Assembly: GCA_035559995.1 (NCBI GenBank)
Contig: DATMAM010000017.1
Coordinates: forward strand, 13,889 to 77,888
Source: Candidatus Acidiferrales bacterium
GTDB taxonomy: Bacteria; Desulfobacterota; Binatia; UBA9968
Direction of reading: 5' to 3'
Length of the DNA: 64,000 bases
Shown here: piece by piece, positions 1 to 12,723 of the stretch
How positions within the stretch are numbered: the first letter of the stretch is position 1
How the letters are laid out: the number at the start of each line of letters is the position of its first letter
Program-made: the position numbers and the translations under genes
Notes under the pieces: generated by a model
The model's database searches: none
The model's input: the letters and a program-made list of their open reading frames with translations, nothing else
Told to the model about the DNA's origin: nothing

Positions 1-813
1 GGCGGCGACCTCGGCCACGCTCTTTTTTCCCGGCGTCGGCACCTTGCGCGGCGGCGGCAGCTTTTCTTCCAGGCCGCGCCCGAGCGGCCGCTCGGGTTTG
101 ACCTCCGCCTTTTCGAGATTGGCCGCGTATTCGCACCGGTTGCAGCTGACGATCGCGTCTTCGCCGGAGTCCGCAAGGACCTGGAACTCGTGTGACAGGG
201 TTCCGCCGATCGCGCCCGTGTCGGCTTCCACCGGCCGAAACTTGAGCCCGCAGCGCGTAAAGATTCTCTTGTAAGCCGCGAACATATTTTCGTATTCGCG
301 CCGGCAATCCTCGACGTTGGCGTGAAAGCTGTAGGCGTCCTTCATGATAAACTCGCGCCCGCGCATCAGGCCAAACCGCGGGCGCGGCTCGTCGCGGAAC
401 TTGATCTGGATTTGATAAAGGTTAAACGGCAGCTCGCGGTACGAGCGCACGGTCCGCCGGACCAGGTCGGTGACGATCTCCTCGTGCGTGGGGCCGAGGC
501 AAAAGTCCCTCTCGTTTCGGTCCTTAAACCGGAGCAGCTCCTTGCCGTAGAGGTCCCAGCGGCCGCTTTCCTGCCACAGCTCCGCCGGCGAGGTAATCGG
601 CAGGAGCAGCTCTTGCGCCCCGGCGCGGTCCATCTCCTCTCTTACGATTCGCTCGATTTTGCGCAGCACGCGCAGCGCGAGCGGCAGGTAATCGTAGATG
701 CCGCGGCTCACCTGGCGGATCATGCCGGCGCGCACCAGCAGTTTGTGGCTGACGACCTCGGCCTCGGCGGGGTCTTCCTTGAGGGTCGGGATGAGAGCGT
801 TGCTCCAGCGCAC
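1..813 (-). CDS. proS: Prolyl-tRNA synthetase, N-terminal part (gene continues beyond window start)
   Basis: Reverse-strand translation from GTG at 813 gives [51 protein letters not shown], the conserved ProS N-terminus. No stop before coordinate 1. Not listed in the ORF track because it has no in-window stop. Confidence 0.85.
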   Translation of the reverse strand, partial: MRWSNALIPTLKEDPAEAEVVSHKLLVRAGMIRQVSRGIYDYLPLALRVLRKIERIVREEMDRAGAQELLLPITSPAELWQESGRWDLYGKELLRFKDRNERDFCLGPTHEEIVTDLVRRTVRSYRELPFNLYQIQIKFRDEPRPRFGLMRGREFIMKDAYSFHANVEDCRREYENMFAAYKRIFTRCGLKFRPVEADTGAIGGTLSHEFQVLADSGEDAIVSCNRCEYAANLEKAEVKPERPLGRGLEEKLPPPRKVPTPGKKSVAEVAA

Positions 814-846
814 CTTGATCTCGGGCGGGAAAGCGCTTCGGGCTTG

Positions 847-1977
847 TCAGTCGGGCGCGATCGTCGCTTGCTCGGCTTGCCGGTCGCGAATGAACCTTTC
901 CACTTCTTCCATCAAGGCGTCGACGATCTGCGCTTCGGGCACTTTTCGGATGACCGCGCCTTTTCTGAAAATCAGGCCAATGCCCTTGCCGCCGGCCACG
1001 CCGAGATCCGCGGCGCGCGCCTCGCCTGGGCCGTTGACCTCGCAGCCCATCACGGCGACGTGGATGTCCTGGTCGCTGTAGGGGACCATGCGCCGCTCGA
1101 CCTCTTTGGCGAGCGCCACCAGATCGACATCGGCCCGCCCGCACGACGGGCAGGCGACGAACGTAAGTCCCTGCCGCCTGAGGCCCAGCGCCTTCAAGAT
1201 TTCAATCCCGACGCGCACCTCTTCGACGGGATCCGCGGCGAGCGATACCCGTATGGTGTCGCCGATACCCTCGGCGAGCAGCGTGCCAATTCCGACGCAA
1301 GACTTGATCGTCCCCACCGTCGGCGTTCCCGCTTCCGTCACTCCCAGATGAAACGGGTATTCGACCTTGTCGGCCAGCATGCGGTAGGCTTCGATCATCA
1401 TCAACGGGTCGGAGGCTTTCAGCGACACCTTGATCTCGTAATAGCCGAGATCCTCGAGAATCCTGATGTGGCGGAGCGCGCTTTCCACCATGCCCGCCGG
1501 CGTCGGACCGTTGAATTTGGTGAGAAGGTCCTTTTCGAGCGAGCCGGCGTTCACGCCGATCCGAATCGGGATCTTTCTGCTCGAGGCCGCCTTGACGACT
1601 TCCTCGATGCACCAGCGCGGCCCGATATTGCCGGGGTTCAAACGCAGCCCGTCGACGCCCTGCTCCAGGGCGATGAGCGCAAGCTTATAGTTGAAGTGGA
1701 TGTCGGCGATCAGCGGAATGCGAATTTTTCTTTTGATCGCGCCCAGCTGCTCGGCGGCTTCGCGAACCGGCACGGCCACCCGGACCAGGTCGCAGCCTGC
1801 CGCCTCGAGCGCCCAGATCTGATCGACCGTCGCCCGAACGTCCCTGGTATCGGTCTTCGTCATCGATTGCACGGTAATTGGCGCGTCGCCGCCGACTTTG
1901 ACCGCGCCGATTTGCACCGGCCTGGTTTTTCTCCGCTGCATGCTTTCACTATACCTGGCGCCCGTCGAAACGGTCAA
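847..1977 (-). CDS. ispG: 4-hydroxy-3-methylbut-2-enyl diphosphate synthase (MEP pathway, IspG/GcpE)
   Basis: 376-aa ORF with TTG start. Has the GcpE TIM-barrel motifs and a C-terminal CPSCGR Fe-S cysteine motif (FVACPSCGRADVDL). Confidence 0.95.
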   Translation of the reverse strand: MTVSTGARYSESMQRRKTRPVQIGAVKVGGDAPITVQSMTKTDTRDVRATVDQIWALEAAGCDLVRVAVPVREAAEQLGAIKRKIRIPLIADIHFNYKLALIALEQGVDGLRLNPGNIGPRWCIEEVVKAASSRKIPIRIGVNAGSLEKDLLTKFNGPTPAGMVESALRHIRILEDLGYYEIKVSLKASDPLMMIEAYRMLADKVEYPFHLGVTEAGTPTVGTIKSCVGIGTLLAEGIGDTIRVSLAADPVEEVRVGIEILKALGLRRQGLTFVACPSCGRADVDLVALAKEVERRMVPYSDQDIHVAVMGCEVNGPGEARAADLGVAGGKGIGLIFRKGAVIRKVPEAQIVDALMEEVERFIRDRQAEQATIAPD

Positions 1978-2004
1978 CCGACAATGGCAACCGGGCCGCG
2001 CGCC

Positions 2005-2772
2005 TTATTTTTCCGGTTTTGCGACCGTCGGTCCGGGGGCGGCGTTTTCCTCTTCCTTTTTTCTCCGGTCGCCTTGCGGGATGATGAGCAGCCTGCGGTA
2101 CGGACCCTGTCCCTGGCTGCGCGTGGTAAGCCAGGGGTCGTCTTCCAGAGTGAGGTGAATGATGCGCCGGTCGCGCGCGCTTAAATTGTCCAAGGCGATC
2201 GTCCTCCGCTCCCTTTTTGCGGTCTCGCCGAGCCTGAGCGCCGTATCCTCGAGCTTTTTGCGGTGGCGCTCCCGGTATTGCTCCGTGTCGACGACGAAGC
2301 GGATGCCTGCGCCCTTTTCCTGTTTTGCCACAATTCGCCCGACCACGTACTGAAGGGCCTGCAGCGTCTGCCCTCGGCGCCCGATGAGAAGCCCGCCGTA
2401 CGGGCCGCGCACGTTAAGCACGATTTCATCCGCCGCCTCGCCTTTTTGCGTTTCGACGGTGGCCTCCAGCCCCATGAGACGGAGGATCTCTGCCAAGACG
2501 GCGCGCCCTTTTTCGCCAAGCGCGGCTTTCTGATCTTCCGACAAAGGCTCCTTGGCGGCGCCCTGCTCGTCCGCCTCCTCGCCTTCTTCCAACATCACCG
2601 CTTTTCGCAGAGAAGCGCGCACCCGGGCTTTCTTGCTCCCGATCCCGAGAAAACCCCTGCTCCCCTCTTCCAAGATATCGACCGTGACGCGCTCGCGCTC
2701 GACGCGCAGCACCTTGAGCGCGTTGTCGATGGCTTCATCAATCGTGTCGCCTTCTGCCTCGACGAAATCCAT
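2005..2772 (-). CDS. jag: Jag/KhpB-type RNA-binding protein (Jag_N, KH, R3H domains)
   Basis: C-terminal R3H-like motif (ARDRRIIHLTL..TRSQGQGPYRRLLIIP). Sits immediately downstream of yidC as in the conserved rnpA-yidC-jag cluster. Confidence 0.85.
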   Translation of the reverse strand: MDFVEAEGDTIDEAIDNALKVLRVERERVTVDILEEGSRGFLGIGSKKARVRASLRKAVMLEEGEEADEQGAAKEPLSEDQKAALGEKGRAVLAEILRLMGLEATVETQKGEAADEIVLNVRGPYGGLLIGRRGQTLQALQYVVGRIVAKQEKGAGIRFVVDTEQYRERHRKKLEDTALRLGETAKRERRTIALDNLSARDRRIIHLTLEDDPWLTTRSQGQGPYRRLLIIPQGDRRKKEEENAAPGPTVAKPEK

Positions 2773-2864
2773 AACGTAATACCTCCCAGTTTAGACAGAA
2801 ACTTGCGACAGAGACCGCGCCGCCCTCGCTGGCGCTGCCGCAAAGCTGCCTCCGTCGCGGTCGC

Positions 2865-4469
2865 TCATTTCCAACGATCCATCCGGTTCACCACGTATTG
2901 CTGCGCGATGCTCAAGATGTTGTTGACCAGCCAGTAGATCGTCAAGCCCGACGGAAAGTTGATGAACATCACGGTGAACAGGATCGGCATCATCAGCATC
3001 ATGCGCCGCTGGTTGGGATCGCCAGCGCTCGGCGTCATCCATTGCTGCAAGAACATGCTCGCGCCCATGAGAATCGTGAGCAGCGGCAGCCCGACCGACC
3101 AGCCGCCCAAGTGAAACGGCAGAGATTCCCAGTCGGGACGCGACAGATCCTTGATCCACAAAAATGGCGCGTGGCGCAGCTCGATCGGGGTCAGCAGAGC
3201 ATTGTAAAGGCCGATGAAGACGGGAATCTGCAGGATCATCGGCAGGCAGCCGCCGAGCGGATTGACCTTGTTGCGCCGGTAAAGCTCCATGATCTCGCGG
3301 TTGAGCTTTTCGCGATCGTCCTTGAATTTCTCCTTGAGCCGCTCCATCTGCGGCTGCAGCTTTTGCATTTGCTTCATGGAGACAAAGCTCTTGTGCGTAA
3401 GCGGCGCCGTCAGGAGTTTGATCAAAACCGTAATGAGAATAATGTCGATTCCGTAGCTGCCGGTAAATTGGTGCGAAAAATGCATCAACTGGAGCAGCGG
3501 AACGGAAAAGAAACGAAACAGTGCCCAACCAAAGTCAATCGAGCGCTCAAGTTCCCTCCCAAACGATGCGAGGACGTCGAACTCCTTGGGGCCAATGAAC
3601 AAAGTGTAGTGGTTTTTGAAAGTTGGCCGATCCGGGCTTTTGAGCGCAATCTCCATTGCGATTCGGGAATCGGTCTCCTTGACCGTGACCTTTTCCTCCT
3701 TGGTCGTTTCCGGCAGCACCGCAAAAAGAAAGTACGTGTAGCCGAACCCGGCCCAGGAAACGGTGCCGGTAAACTCTTGGCCCTTTTTTAGCTCTTCGTC
3801 GTGCTGGCGGATCAAATGGCGATCGACGAGCGCCAGGAATCCCTCGAACTTTGTGTCCGCCGCAGGGCCCTTGGTTGGCGCGGTGACCAAAAGCGCCGCA
3901 GCGCTCGGGCTACCGGTCACGGTCACGTCCATGCCGACGGCGTAACTCGAGCCGGTAAAGGTGAACTCCTTTCTGATCACCGCCCCTGCCGGCGTTCGCG
4001 CCTCGAACCCGAGGCTCCCTTTGGCGTCCCCGGTAAGCTTGAGATCGCCGCCTAAGACGGCGTAAGTCAGCTCTTCATCGTCGTACTGCGCCGCGCCGTT
4101 TAGGCGAATGCCGAGCGGGTAGCTGATCTCCGGCTGGTGTGAGATCATCTCGACGGGGGGACTGTGCTCCTCGATGGAGGTGCGGTAATCCCTGAGCAGG
4201 AAGCTCTTGAGCCGCCCGCCGCGGCTGGTAAAGACGGCGCTGTACTTGTCGGTTTCAACGCGCACCTCTTGCGCTTGCTCTTGCGCCAAGGCGGGCGCAG
4301 GCGGAAGCGCCGGCTTGATTTCGGGCACCGCCTGGGCCGGCTGTTTTTCTTGCGGTTTTTCGACTTTCGCCGGGGGCGGCTGGGGAGCGTAGTAGCGCGC
4401 CACCCATTCCTGGTAGGCGATGAGAACGATCAAAGAAAGGACGACGGCCAGAAAGGCGCGCTTTTCCAT
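2865..4469 (-). CDS. yidC: Membrane protein insertase YidC
   Basis: 534 aa with N-terminal TM, a large periplasmic domain and the C-terminal 5-TM core (GCLPMILQIPVFIGLYNALL..). Conserved position after yidD. Confidence 0.92.
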   Translation of the reverse strand: MEKRAFLAVVLSLIVLIAYQEWVARYYAPQPPPAKVEKPQEKQPAQAVPEIKPALPPAPALAQEQAQEVRVETDKYSAVFTSRGGRLKSFLLRDYRTSIEEHSPPVEMISHQPEISYPLGIRLNGAAQYDDEELTYAVLGGDLKLTGDAKGSLGFEARTPAGAVIRKEFTFTGSSYAVGMDVTVTGSPSAAALLVTAPTKGPAADTKFEGFLALVDRHLIRQHDEELKKGQEFTGTVSWAGFGYTYFLFAVLPETTKEEKVTVKETDSRIAMEIALKSPDRPTFKNHYTLFIGPKEFDVLASFGRELERSIDFGWALFRFFSVPLLQLMHFSHQFTGSYGIDIILITVLIKLLTAPLTHKSFVSMKQMQKLQPQMERLKEKFKDDREKLNREIMELYRRNKVNPLGGCLPMILQIPVFIGLYNALLTPIELRHAPFLWIKDLSRPDWESLPFHLGGWSVGLPLLTILMGASMFLQQWMTPSAGDPNQRRMMLMMPILFTVMFINFPSGLTIYWLVNNILSIAQQYVVNRMDRWK

Positions 4470-4475
4470 GAGAAC

Positions 4476-4694
4476 TTACGCGACGGGGTCTATGCCGCCG
4501 GGATGAAAGGGGTGACAGCGCAACAGGCGTCTTAGCGCAAGCCAGCAGCCGCGAGCCGAGCCGTATCGGCGGATCGCCTCGAGCGCGTAAGCGGAGCAGC
4601 TCGGAAAAAAACGGCAACTTGGCGCGAGCCAGGGAGAGACCCAGCGGCGGTACGAGAGCAGGAGCAGAATCAGTCCTTTTTGAAGGATGTTCAT
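4476..4694 (-). CDS. yidD: Membrane protein insertion efficiency factor YidD
   Basis: Internal ATG of the 109-aa track ORF gives a 72-aa product, [58 protein letters not shown], which is the YidD signature. Confidence 0.82.
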   Translation of the reverse strand: MNILQKGLILLLLSYRRWVSPWLAPSCRFFPSCSAYALEAIRRYGSARGCWLALRRLLRCHPFHPGGIDPVA

Positions 4695-4801
4695 GAACCT
4701 TCGGTTCAACCTGGGCGCTGAAAGCTCTGCGGGCGCGGCGCAGAGGCCCGTCGGCTGCGGACGAAGCCGCGCTCGCGCGGCGCTTTTCAGAACAATGCCG
4801 T

Positions 4802-5155
4802 TCATCCAGACTTAGTCTTGCGCTGGCTCAAGGCTCCTTCCAGCTCGGCGCGCAGCTTCGGCCAAGAGATCTCTGCGGCGTTTTTCTTCGCCACGATGAC
4901 ATAGTCGCGGCCCGAAGAAAAAACGCGCCGATGCCGGCGAAAGAACTCTCTCAGCAGCCTCTTCAGCCGATTACGGGTGACCGCTTTACCGACCTTCGCG
5001 CTGACCGTAATCCCGAGCCTGCTCTCACCGCCGCCGTCCCCTCTGCTGAATAAAATGAAATGGGCCGTATGAACTCTTTTGCCCGTGCGGAAAAGTTCCT
5101 GGAATTCAGAGCGTTTTGTGAGACGGGCCGTCTTCGGAAAACGTTCTCCCTTCAG
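4802..5155 (-). CDS. rnpA: RNase P protein component
   Basis: Conserved RnpA core ([33 protein letters not shown]...NRLKRLLRE). Lies directly after rpmH. There is no ATG/GTG/TTG between the rpmH stop and the conserved core, so the start is probably CTG at 5155 or 5176. Start is uncertain. Confidence 0.72.
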   Translation of the reverse strand: MKGERFPKTARLTKRSEFQELFRTGKRVHTAHFILFSRGDGGGESRLGITVSAKVGKAVTRNRLKRLLREFFRRHRRVFSSGRDYVIVAKKNAAEISWPKLRAELEGALSQRKTKSG

Positions 5156-5172
5156 AGCTAGCCGCCTCGCGC

Positions 5173-5334
5173 TCAGCTGCGGGCTCGCTTGGGGGGGACA
5201 ACCACGGTCAATCTCTTGCGGCCTTTGGCCCTTCTCCGTTTGAGAACTTTTCTCCCTCCGGGAGTGGCCATTCTCGCAAGAAAGCCGTGCGTTCGCTTGC
5301 GCCTCACGTTGCTCGGTTGATAGGTTCGCTTCAT
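5173..5334 (-). CDS. rpmH: 50S ribosomal protein L34
   Basis: My own translation (not in the ORF track) gives [56 protein letters not shown] at 5334, stop at 5173-5175. Confidence 0.9.
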   Translation of the reverse strand: MKRTYQPSNVRRKRTHGFLARMATPGGRKVLKRRRAKGRKRLTVVVPPKRARS

Positions 5335-5359
5335 CGTAGTCCTTCCTGCCCAATCGCCC

Positions 5360-5393
5360 TTATTTTTGAACCACAGCGCCCGGGCTTTGTCAA
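5360..5393 (-). promoter_or_regulatory. Candidate sigma70 promoter of rpmH-rnpA-yidD-yidC-jag
   Basis: Perfect TTGACA -35 (reverse complement of 5388-5393) about 17-19 nt upstream of an A/T-rich -10 region (TTCAAAAAT). Located 40-70 nt upstream of the rpmH ATG. The -10 is weak. Confidence 0.3.
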
Positions 5394-5414
5394 TTTCACG
5401 GCGAGCGGCGCGCG

Positions 5415-6422
5415 CTAACCGTGCTCCGCCTTGAGCGAGCGCTGCATCAGATCGGGCACGGCTTCGACGGGGCTTTTCCCTTCGTTCAGCACCAGCTGCA
5501 TCTGCTCAACGATCGGCATCTCCACGCCGAGCCGCTGCGCCAGCCTGTAAACCGCGCCGGTATTTTTGACTCCTTCGGCGACCATCCGCATCTCTCCGAC
5601 GATCTCCGCGACCTTGCGCCCGCGGCCGATCTCAATTCCGACGCGCCGGTTGCGGCTGAGATCGCCCGTACAGGTGAGAACCAGGTCCCCCAGTCCCGAA
5701 AGACCCGCGAGCGTCAGCGGCTCGGCGCCCATCCGCACGGCAAGGCGCGTCATCTCGGCAAGGCCCCGCGTGATGAGCGCCGCCCGGCTGTTTGCGCCGA
5801 GCTCAAGCCCGTCAGAGATTCCCGCCGCAAGCGCGATCACGTTCTTGATCGCGCCGCCCATCTGAACGCCGATAATGTCCCGGGAGGTGTAGGTCCGAAA
5901 GCTCTGCGTGCTGAGGCACGACTGCACTTCATGCGCCACTTCGTCGCTCGCGGCCGCGACCGTGGCGGCGGCCGGAAGCCCGCGCGCAACCTCCGAAGCG
6001 AAGGTGGGACCGGAAAGAAACGCAAGCCGGCCGGCGGCGTCTTGGCCCAGCTCCTCGGTCAACACCTCGCCCATCGTTTTGAGGCTGCCCTCTTCGATCC
6101 CCTTGGTCGCGCACACCACGAGCGCGCGCGGCCCAAGGAGGGGCCGCACGCGGCGCATGACGGCGCGCACGCCGTGCGACGGGACGGCGCAGATCAAGAT
6201 TTCTCTGCCGCGCAGCGCCTCCTCCAAAGAGCACGTGACGGCGAGCGTCGGCGGCACGGCAACTCCCGGAAGGTAAGCGGAGTTCTCGCGCTTTTCGACC
6301 AGGTTCCGATAGGTCTCTTCGCCGCGGCACCAGAGCGTCACCTCGATGTCCCGCTCGCACAGGAGTTTTGCAAGCGCGGTTCCCCAGCCCCCGGCCCCTA
6401 TGACCCCGACCGTTTTAGCCAT
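5415..6422 (-). CDS. gpsA: NAD(P)H-dependent glycerol-3-phosphate dehydrogenase
   Basis: 335 aa. N-terminal Rossmann motif [12 protein letters not shown] and GpsA-specific core motifs ([25 protein letters not shown]). Confidence 0.92.
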   Translation of the reverse strand: MAKTVGVIGAGGWGTALAKLLCERDIEVTLWCRGEETYRNLVEKRENSAYLPGVAVPPTLAVTCSLEEALRGREILICAVPSHGVRAVMRRVRPLLGPRALVVCATKGIEEGSLKTMGEVLTEELGQDAAGRLAFLSGPTFASEVARGLPAAATVAAASDEVAHEVQSCLSTQSFRTYTSRDIIGVQMGGAIKNVIALAAGISDGLELGANSRAALITRGLAEMTRLAVRMGAEPLTLAGLSGLGDLVLTCTGDLSRNRRVGIEIGRGRKVAEIVGEMRMVAEGVKNTGAVYRLAQRLGVEMPIVEQMQLVLNEGKSPVEAVPDLMQRSLKAEHG

Positions 6423-6481
6423 GCCCGGGAAAAGCCCGCCGGGGAGCGAGGCGCCGGCGGAAAACGACCCCTGTCGTCCCG

Positions 6482-8953
6482 TTAGCTGCCGTCGGTTTTT
6501 GCCATCGAATCGTCTTCATCGTCCTCCTTCTCCGCCAGCCGGGCGAGCGAGACGACCCGCTCTCCCTCTTCGAGATCGATCAGGCGGACTCCCTGCGTGT
6601 TGCGCCCGATGACCCGGATGTCCTTCACCCGCAGACGGATGATTTTGCCGCCGTTGGTGACCAGCATGAGCTCGTCGTCTTCCGCCACTTGCTCGACGCC
6701 GACGACCGGGCCGGTTTTATCCGTCACCTTCATCGTGATAATGCCCTTGCCGCCGCGCCCCTGGAGGCGGTACTCCTCGACCGGCGTGCGCTTGCCGTAG
6801 CCGTTTTCCGATACCGTGAGGACCTCGGCTCCCTGGTCGACAATCACCATGCTCACCACGGCATCGCCCTGGTCGAGACGCATACCCACCACCCCGTAGG
6901 TCCCGCGTCCCGTGGGCCGCACCTGCTCCTCCTTGAAGCGAATCGCCTGGCCTCCGCGAGTGGAAAGGACAATGTCGCGCTGGCCGTCGGTGAGCGCAAC
7001 CCCGATGACTTCGTCTCCCTCTTCCAGAGCGATCGCGCGGATGCCATGGGTGCGCGGGTTGGCATAGGCCATCAGCTCGGTCTTTTTGATCAGGCCTTTT
7101 TTGGTGGCAAAGACGACAAAGCGTCCGGCCTGAAACTCGCGCACCGGCAAAAACGCGGAGATCTTTTCCCCCGGCCCCAGCGGCAGCAGGTTCACGATCG
7201 GGCGGCCGCGCGCCGCGCGGTTCGCCTGCGGCAGCTCGTGCACTTTGATCCAGTAGACCTTGCCGATGGTGGTAAAGAACAAAATCGAGGAGTGCGCCGA
7301 AGCGATGAACAGGTCCGCGACGAAGTCCTCGTCGCGCGTCGTCGCGCCGATCTTGCCTTTGCCGCCGCGGCGCTGGGCGCGGTAAGCCGCGGCCGGGTTG
7401 CGCTTGATGTAGCCTTCGTGCGAGATCGTCACGACCATGTCCTCGTCGACGATCAGATCCTCGATCGAGATCTCCTCGGACTCGGCCACGATCTGAGTCC
7501 GCCGCTCGTCGCTGTACTTCTGCTTGATCGCCCGCAATTCCTCGACGATGATCTGGTAAATCTCCTTCTCGCTTCCCAGAATCCCCCGCAATTTGGCGAT
7601 GAGCTCGAGGGTTTGCGTGCGCTCTTCGAGGACCTTGTCGCGCTCGAGCCCGGTCAGCGCCTGCAGGCGCATCTCGAGAATCGCGCGCGCCTGGGCCTCC
7701 GAGAGGCCGAAATTTTCCATCAGGCCCTCGCGCGCGGCTCTCGGGTCTTTCGCGCCGCGGATGAGCGCAATCACCGCGTCGAGATGGTCGAGCGCGATTT
7801 TGAGGCCTTCCAGAATATGCAGCCGCTCTTCGGCCTTGCGCAGATCGTAGGCCGTGCGGCGGATCACGACCTCTCTGCGGTGATCGAGAAACGCTCTGAG
7901 GACCTCTTTGAGGTTAAGAAGCTTCGGCCTGCCGTCGACGATCGCGAGCATGTTGACGCCGAACGATTCCTGGAGCGCGGTGTGCTTGTAAAGCTGATTG
8001 ATGATCACGTCGGGAAACGCGTCGCGCTTGAGCTCGAGCACGATGCGCATGCCTTCGCGGTCCGATTCGTCGCGCAGATCGGCCACGCCCTCGAGCTTTT
8101 TCTCGTTGACGAGCGCGGCGATCTGTTCGATGAGCCGCTTTTTGATCACCAGATACGGGATCTCGCTGATGACGATCTGCTCTCGACCCGTGCGCGGCAC
8201 CGTCTCGGTAAACACCTTGCCGCGCATCTGGATGATCCCTTTGCCCTCGCGGTAGGCCTGCAGGATCGCCTCCCGGCCGTAGATAAAGCCGCCCGTGGGA
8301 AAATCCGGCCCCGGGATGTAGCTCATAAGCTCGTCGACCGTGATCTCGGGATTCTCGACCAGAGCGATCAGCCCGTCGATGACCTCGCCGAGATTGTGCG
8401 GCGGGATGTTGGTCGCCATTCCGACCGCGATCCCGGCGGCGCCGTTGATCAGCAGATTGGGAATGCGCGACGGCAGCACGGTCGGCTCTCGGAGCGTGTC
8501 GTCGTAGTTGGCCGTGAAATCGACCGTGTCTTTTTCGATGTCGGCAAGGATTTCCTCGGCGATCTCGGCCATGCGCACTTCGGTGTAGCGCATCGCCGCC
8601 GGCGGGTCGTCGTCGATGCTGCCCCAGTTGCCCTGTCCGTCCAGCAGCGGGTAGCGCATCGAAAAGTCCTGCACCAGCCGCACGATCGTGTCATAGATCG
8701 CGGCGTCCCCGTGCGGGTGGTAGTTCTTCATGACCTCGCCGACGATCCCGGCGCTCTTGCGGTAGCGCTTGTCGTGCGTGAGGCCCATCTCGTACATCGC
8801 GTACAGCACGCGGCGGTGAACCGGCTTAAGCCCGTCGCGCACGTCGGGCAGGGCGCGGCTGATGATGACGCTCATGGCGTAATCCATGAACGACTGCCGC
8901 ATCTCGTCTTCGATGTAGACGGGAACTTTCTGCTGTTTGGGAGTCGCTTCCAT
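6482..8953 (-). CDS. gyrA: DNA gyrase subunit A
   Basis: 823 aa. Active-site region [24 protein letters not shown]-like region and C-terminal beta-pinwheel repeats. Confidence 0.97.
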   Translation of the reverse strand: MEATPKQQKVPVYIEDEMRQSFMDYAMSVIISRALPDVRDGLKPVHRRVLYAMYEMGLTHDKRYRKSAGIVGEVMKNYHPHGDAAIYDTIVRLVQDFSMRYPLLDGQGNWGSIDDDPPAAMRYTEVRMAEIAEEILADIEKDTVDFTANYDDTLREPTVLPSRIPNLLINGAAGIAVGMATNIPPHNLGEVIDGLIALVENPEITVDELMSYIPGPDFPTGGFIYGREAILQAYREGKGIIQMRGKVFTETVPRTGREQIVISEIPYLVIKKRLIEQIAALVNEKKLEGVADLRDESDREGMRIVLELKRDAFPDVIINQLYKHTALQESFGVNMLAIVDGRPKLLNLKEVLRAFLDHRREVVIRRTAYDLRKAEERLHILEGLKIALDHLDAVIALIRGAKDPRAAREGLMENFGLSEAQARAILEMRLQALTGLERDKVLEERTQTLELIAKLRGILGSEKEIYQIIVEELRAIKQKYSDERRTQIVAESEEISIEDLIVDEDMVVTISHEGYIKRNPAAAYRAQRRGGKGKIGATTRDEDFVADLFIASAHSSILFFTTIGKVYWIKVHELPQANRAARGRPIVNLLPLGPGEKISAFLPVREFQAGRFVVFATKKGLIKKTELMAYANPRTHGIRAIALEEGDEVIGVALTDGQRDIVLSTRGGQAIRFKEEQVRPTGRGTYGVVGMRLDQGDAVVSMVIVDQGAEVLTVSENGYGKRTPVEEYRLQGRGGKGIITMKVTDKTGPVVGVEQVAEDDELMLVTNGGKIIRLRVKDIRVIGRNTQGVRLIDLEEGERVVSLARLAEKEDDEDDSMAKTDGS

Positions 8954-9056
8954 GCCTAGGGTCGGGGGCTCAAAGAATCAACCATTCAAAAGGTTCAGGC
9001 CGTTGCGGCCACTTGAACTATTTGAACGGTTTTAAGCCTTTCGAACAGCTTTTGGC

Positions 9057-11730
<2,674 letters not shown>

Positions 11731-12720
11731 TTAGGCGGCCGGTTTTTTTCCCGCTGGCGCGCCGTCAGACCTGCGGCCGGCGGCCAGAAAATAGACCGCC
11801 CAAGCGGCCACGCTGGCGCCGAGAATCGCAAGGCGCGTGTTGTAATCGATGCTGCTTGGCGAGACAAATCCCTCAATCAGCCCCGCAACGACGAGCATCG
11901 CCATGGAGCCGATCTCGATCACGAGCGCATCCCGGCCGGCGCGCTTTAACGCCGTGCTGCGCCGGACCTCTCCCGGCGCGAGGATCGCTCCCGCGAGCAA
12001 GTAACCCGCCGCGCCTGCAAGGCAGATCGCCAGCAACTCCGTCGCCCCGTGCGGCATGATCCAACCCCAGAGCGCCCGCTCATTGCCTGCGAGCGTCATC
12101 CAGCCCGCCACCGCGCCCAGGTGAACGCCGTTGAAGATCAGGAGCAAGGTTGTGCCGATGCCGGCGGTGAGCCCGAAGCCGAACGCGAGCAGCGTGACCT
12201 GAACATTGTTGGTGATGATCGCGGAGGAAACGACCGGACGGGCGAGGCCGGGAATGCTGTGAAGATTTTCTTCGTGCGCGGGATCGAAGTCGAGAAATCC
12301 TTCGCTCACGAGGTCGTAGCCGAGAAGCGGATGGAGCTTTACCGCGACATAGCTGCCCGCCGCCGGGAGAAAGAACACCGCCGCCGCCAGAGCGACGGCC
12401 CAGAGATTTCTTCGAACCGCGGCCGCGAAGCCGCCGAACCACCCGGCTCCCGGCGCCGCTCGCTCGCGCATCTGGCCGTAGAGGAGGTTGTGGCCCGTAA
12501 CCGCGATCCGGTTCAGCTGATCGATTGTGGATCTGGGCGCGCCGAGCGAGCGGGCGCGGGCGAGATCGGCGATCAGCGTCTGGTATTCATCGATCAGGCT
12601 TGAAAGCTCATCCGGGCTCAACTGGCGCAGCGAGGAGCGGCCGCGGCGAAGAAGCCCTTGCGCCCGCTCATAAAATCCGCGCCATCTCGCCTGCTTGTCT
12701 TCTGCGCTTGGGCTTGCCAT
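11731..12720 (-). CDS. DUF95 / stage-II-sporulation-protein-M-like polytopic membrane protein (last gene of the MoxR operon)
   Basis: 329 aa. Cytoplasmic N-terminal region followed by 5-6 TM helices, with the SpoIIM/DUF95 signatures ...IITNNVQVTLLAFGFG... and IFNGVHLGAV. Start is 3 nt after the RDD gene stop. Confidence 0.72.
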   Translation of the reverse strand: MASPSAEDKQARWRGFYERAQGLLRRGRSSLRQLSPDELSSLIDEYQTLIADLARARSLGAPRSTIDQLNRIAVTGHNLLYGQMRERAAPGAGWFGGFAAAVRRNLWAVALAAAVFFLPAAGSYVAVKLHPLLGYDLVSEGFLDFDPAHEENLHSIPGLARPVVSSAIITNNVQVTLLAFGFGLTAGIGTTLLLIFNGVHLGAVAGWMTLAGNERALWGWIMPHGATELLAICLAGAAGYLLAGAILAPGEVRRSTALKRAGRDALVIEIGSMAMLVVAGLIEGFVSPSSIDYNTRLAILGASVAAWAVYFLAAGRRSDGAPAGKKPAA

Positions 12721-12723
12721 CGC

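Noticed and set aside
322-2184. 620-aa plus-strand ORF spanning ispG and proS
   Set aside because: It is the reverse complement of the real ispG/proS genes. The product is Arg/Ala/Gly-rich and low-complexity with no domain. This is a typical high-GC antisense artefact.
5421-6485. 354-aa plus-strand ORF opposite gpsA, plus the 62-143 aa Arg-rich ORFs on both strands in 5566-6360
   Set aside because: They lie antisense or out of frame to a confidently identified gpsA. The composition is Arg/Pro/Ala-rich and no motifs are present.
6689-8959. 756-aa plus-strand ORF opposite gyrA and 327-aa ORF (9582..10565) opposite gyrB
   Set aside because: They are mirror ORFs of gyrase genes. The products are Asp/Arg/Leu-rich and nonsense.
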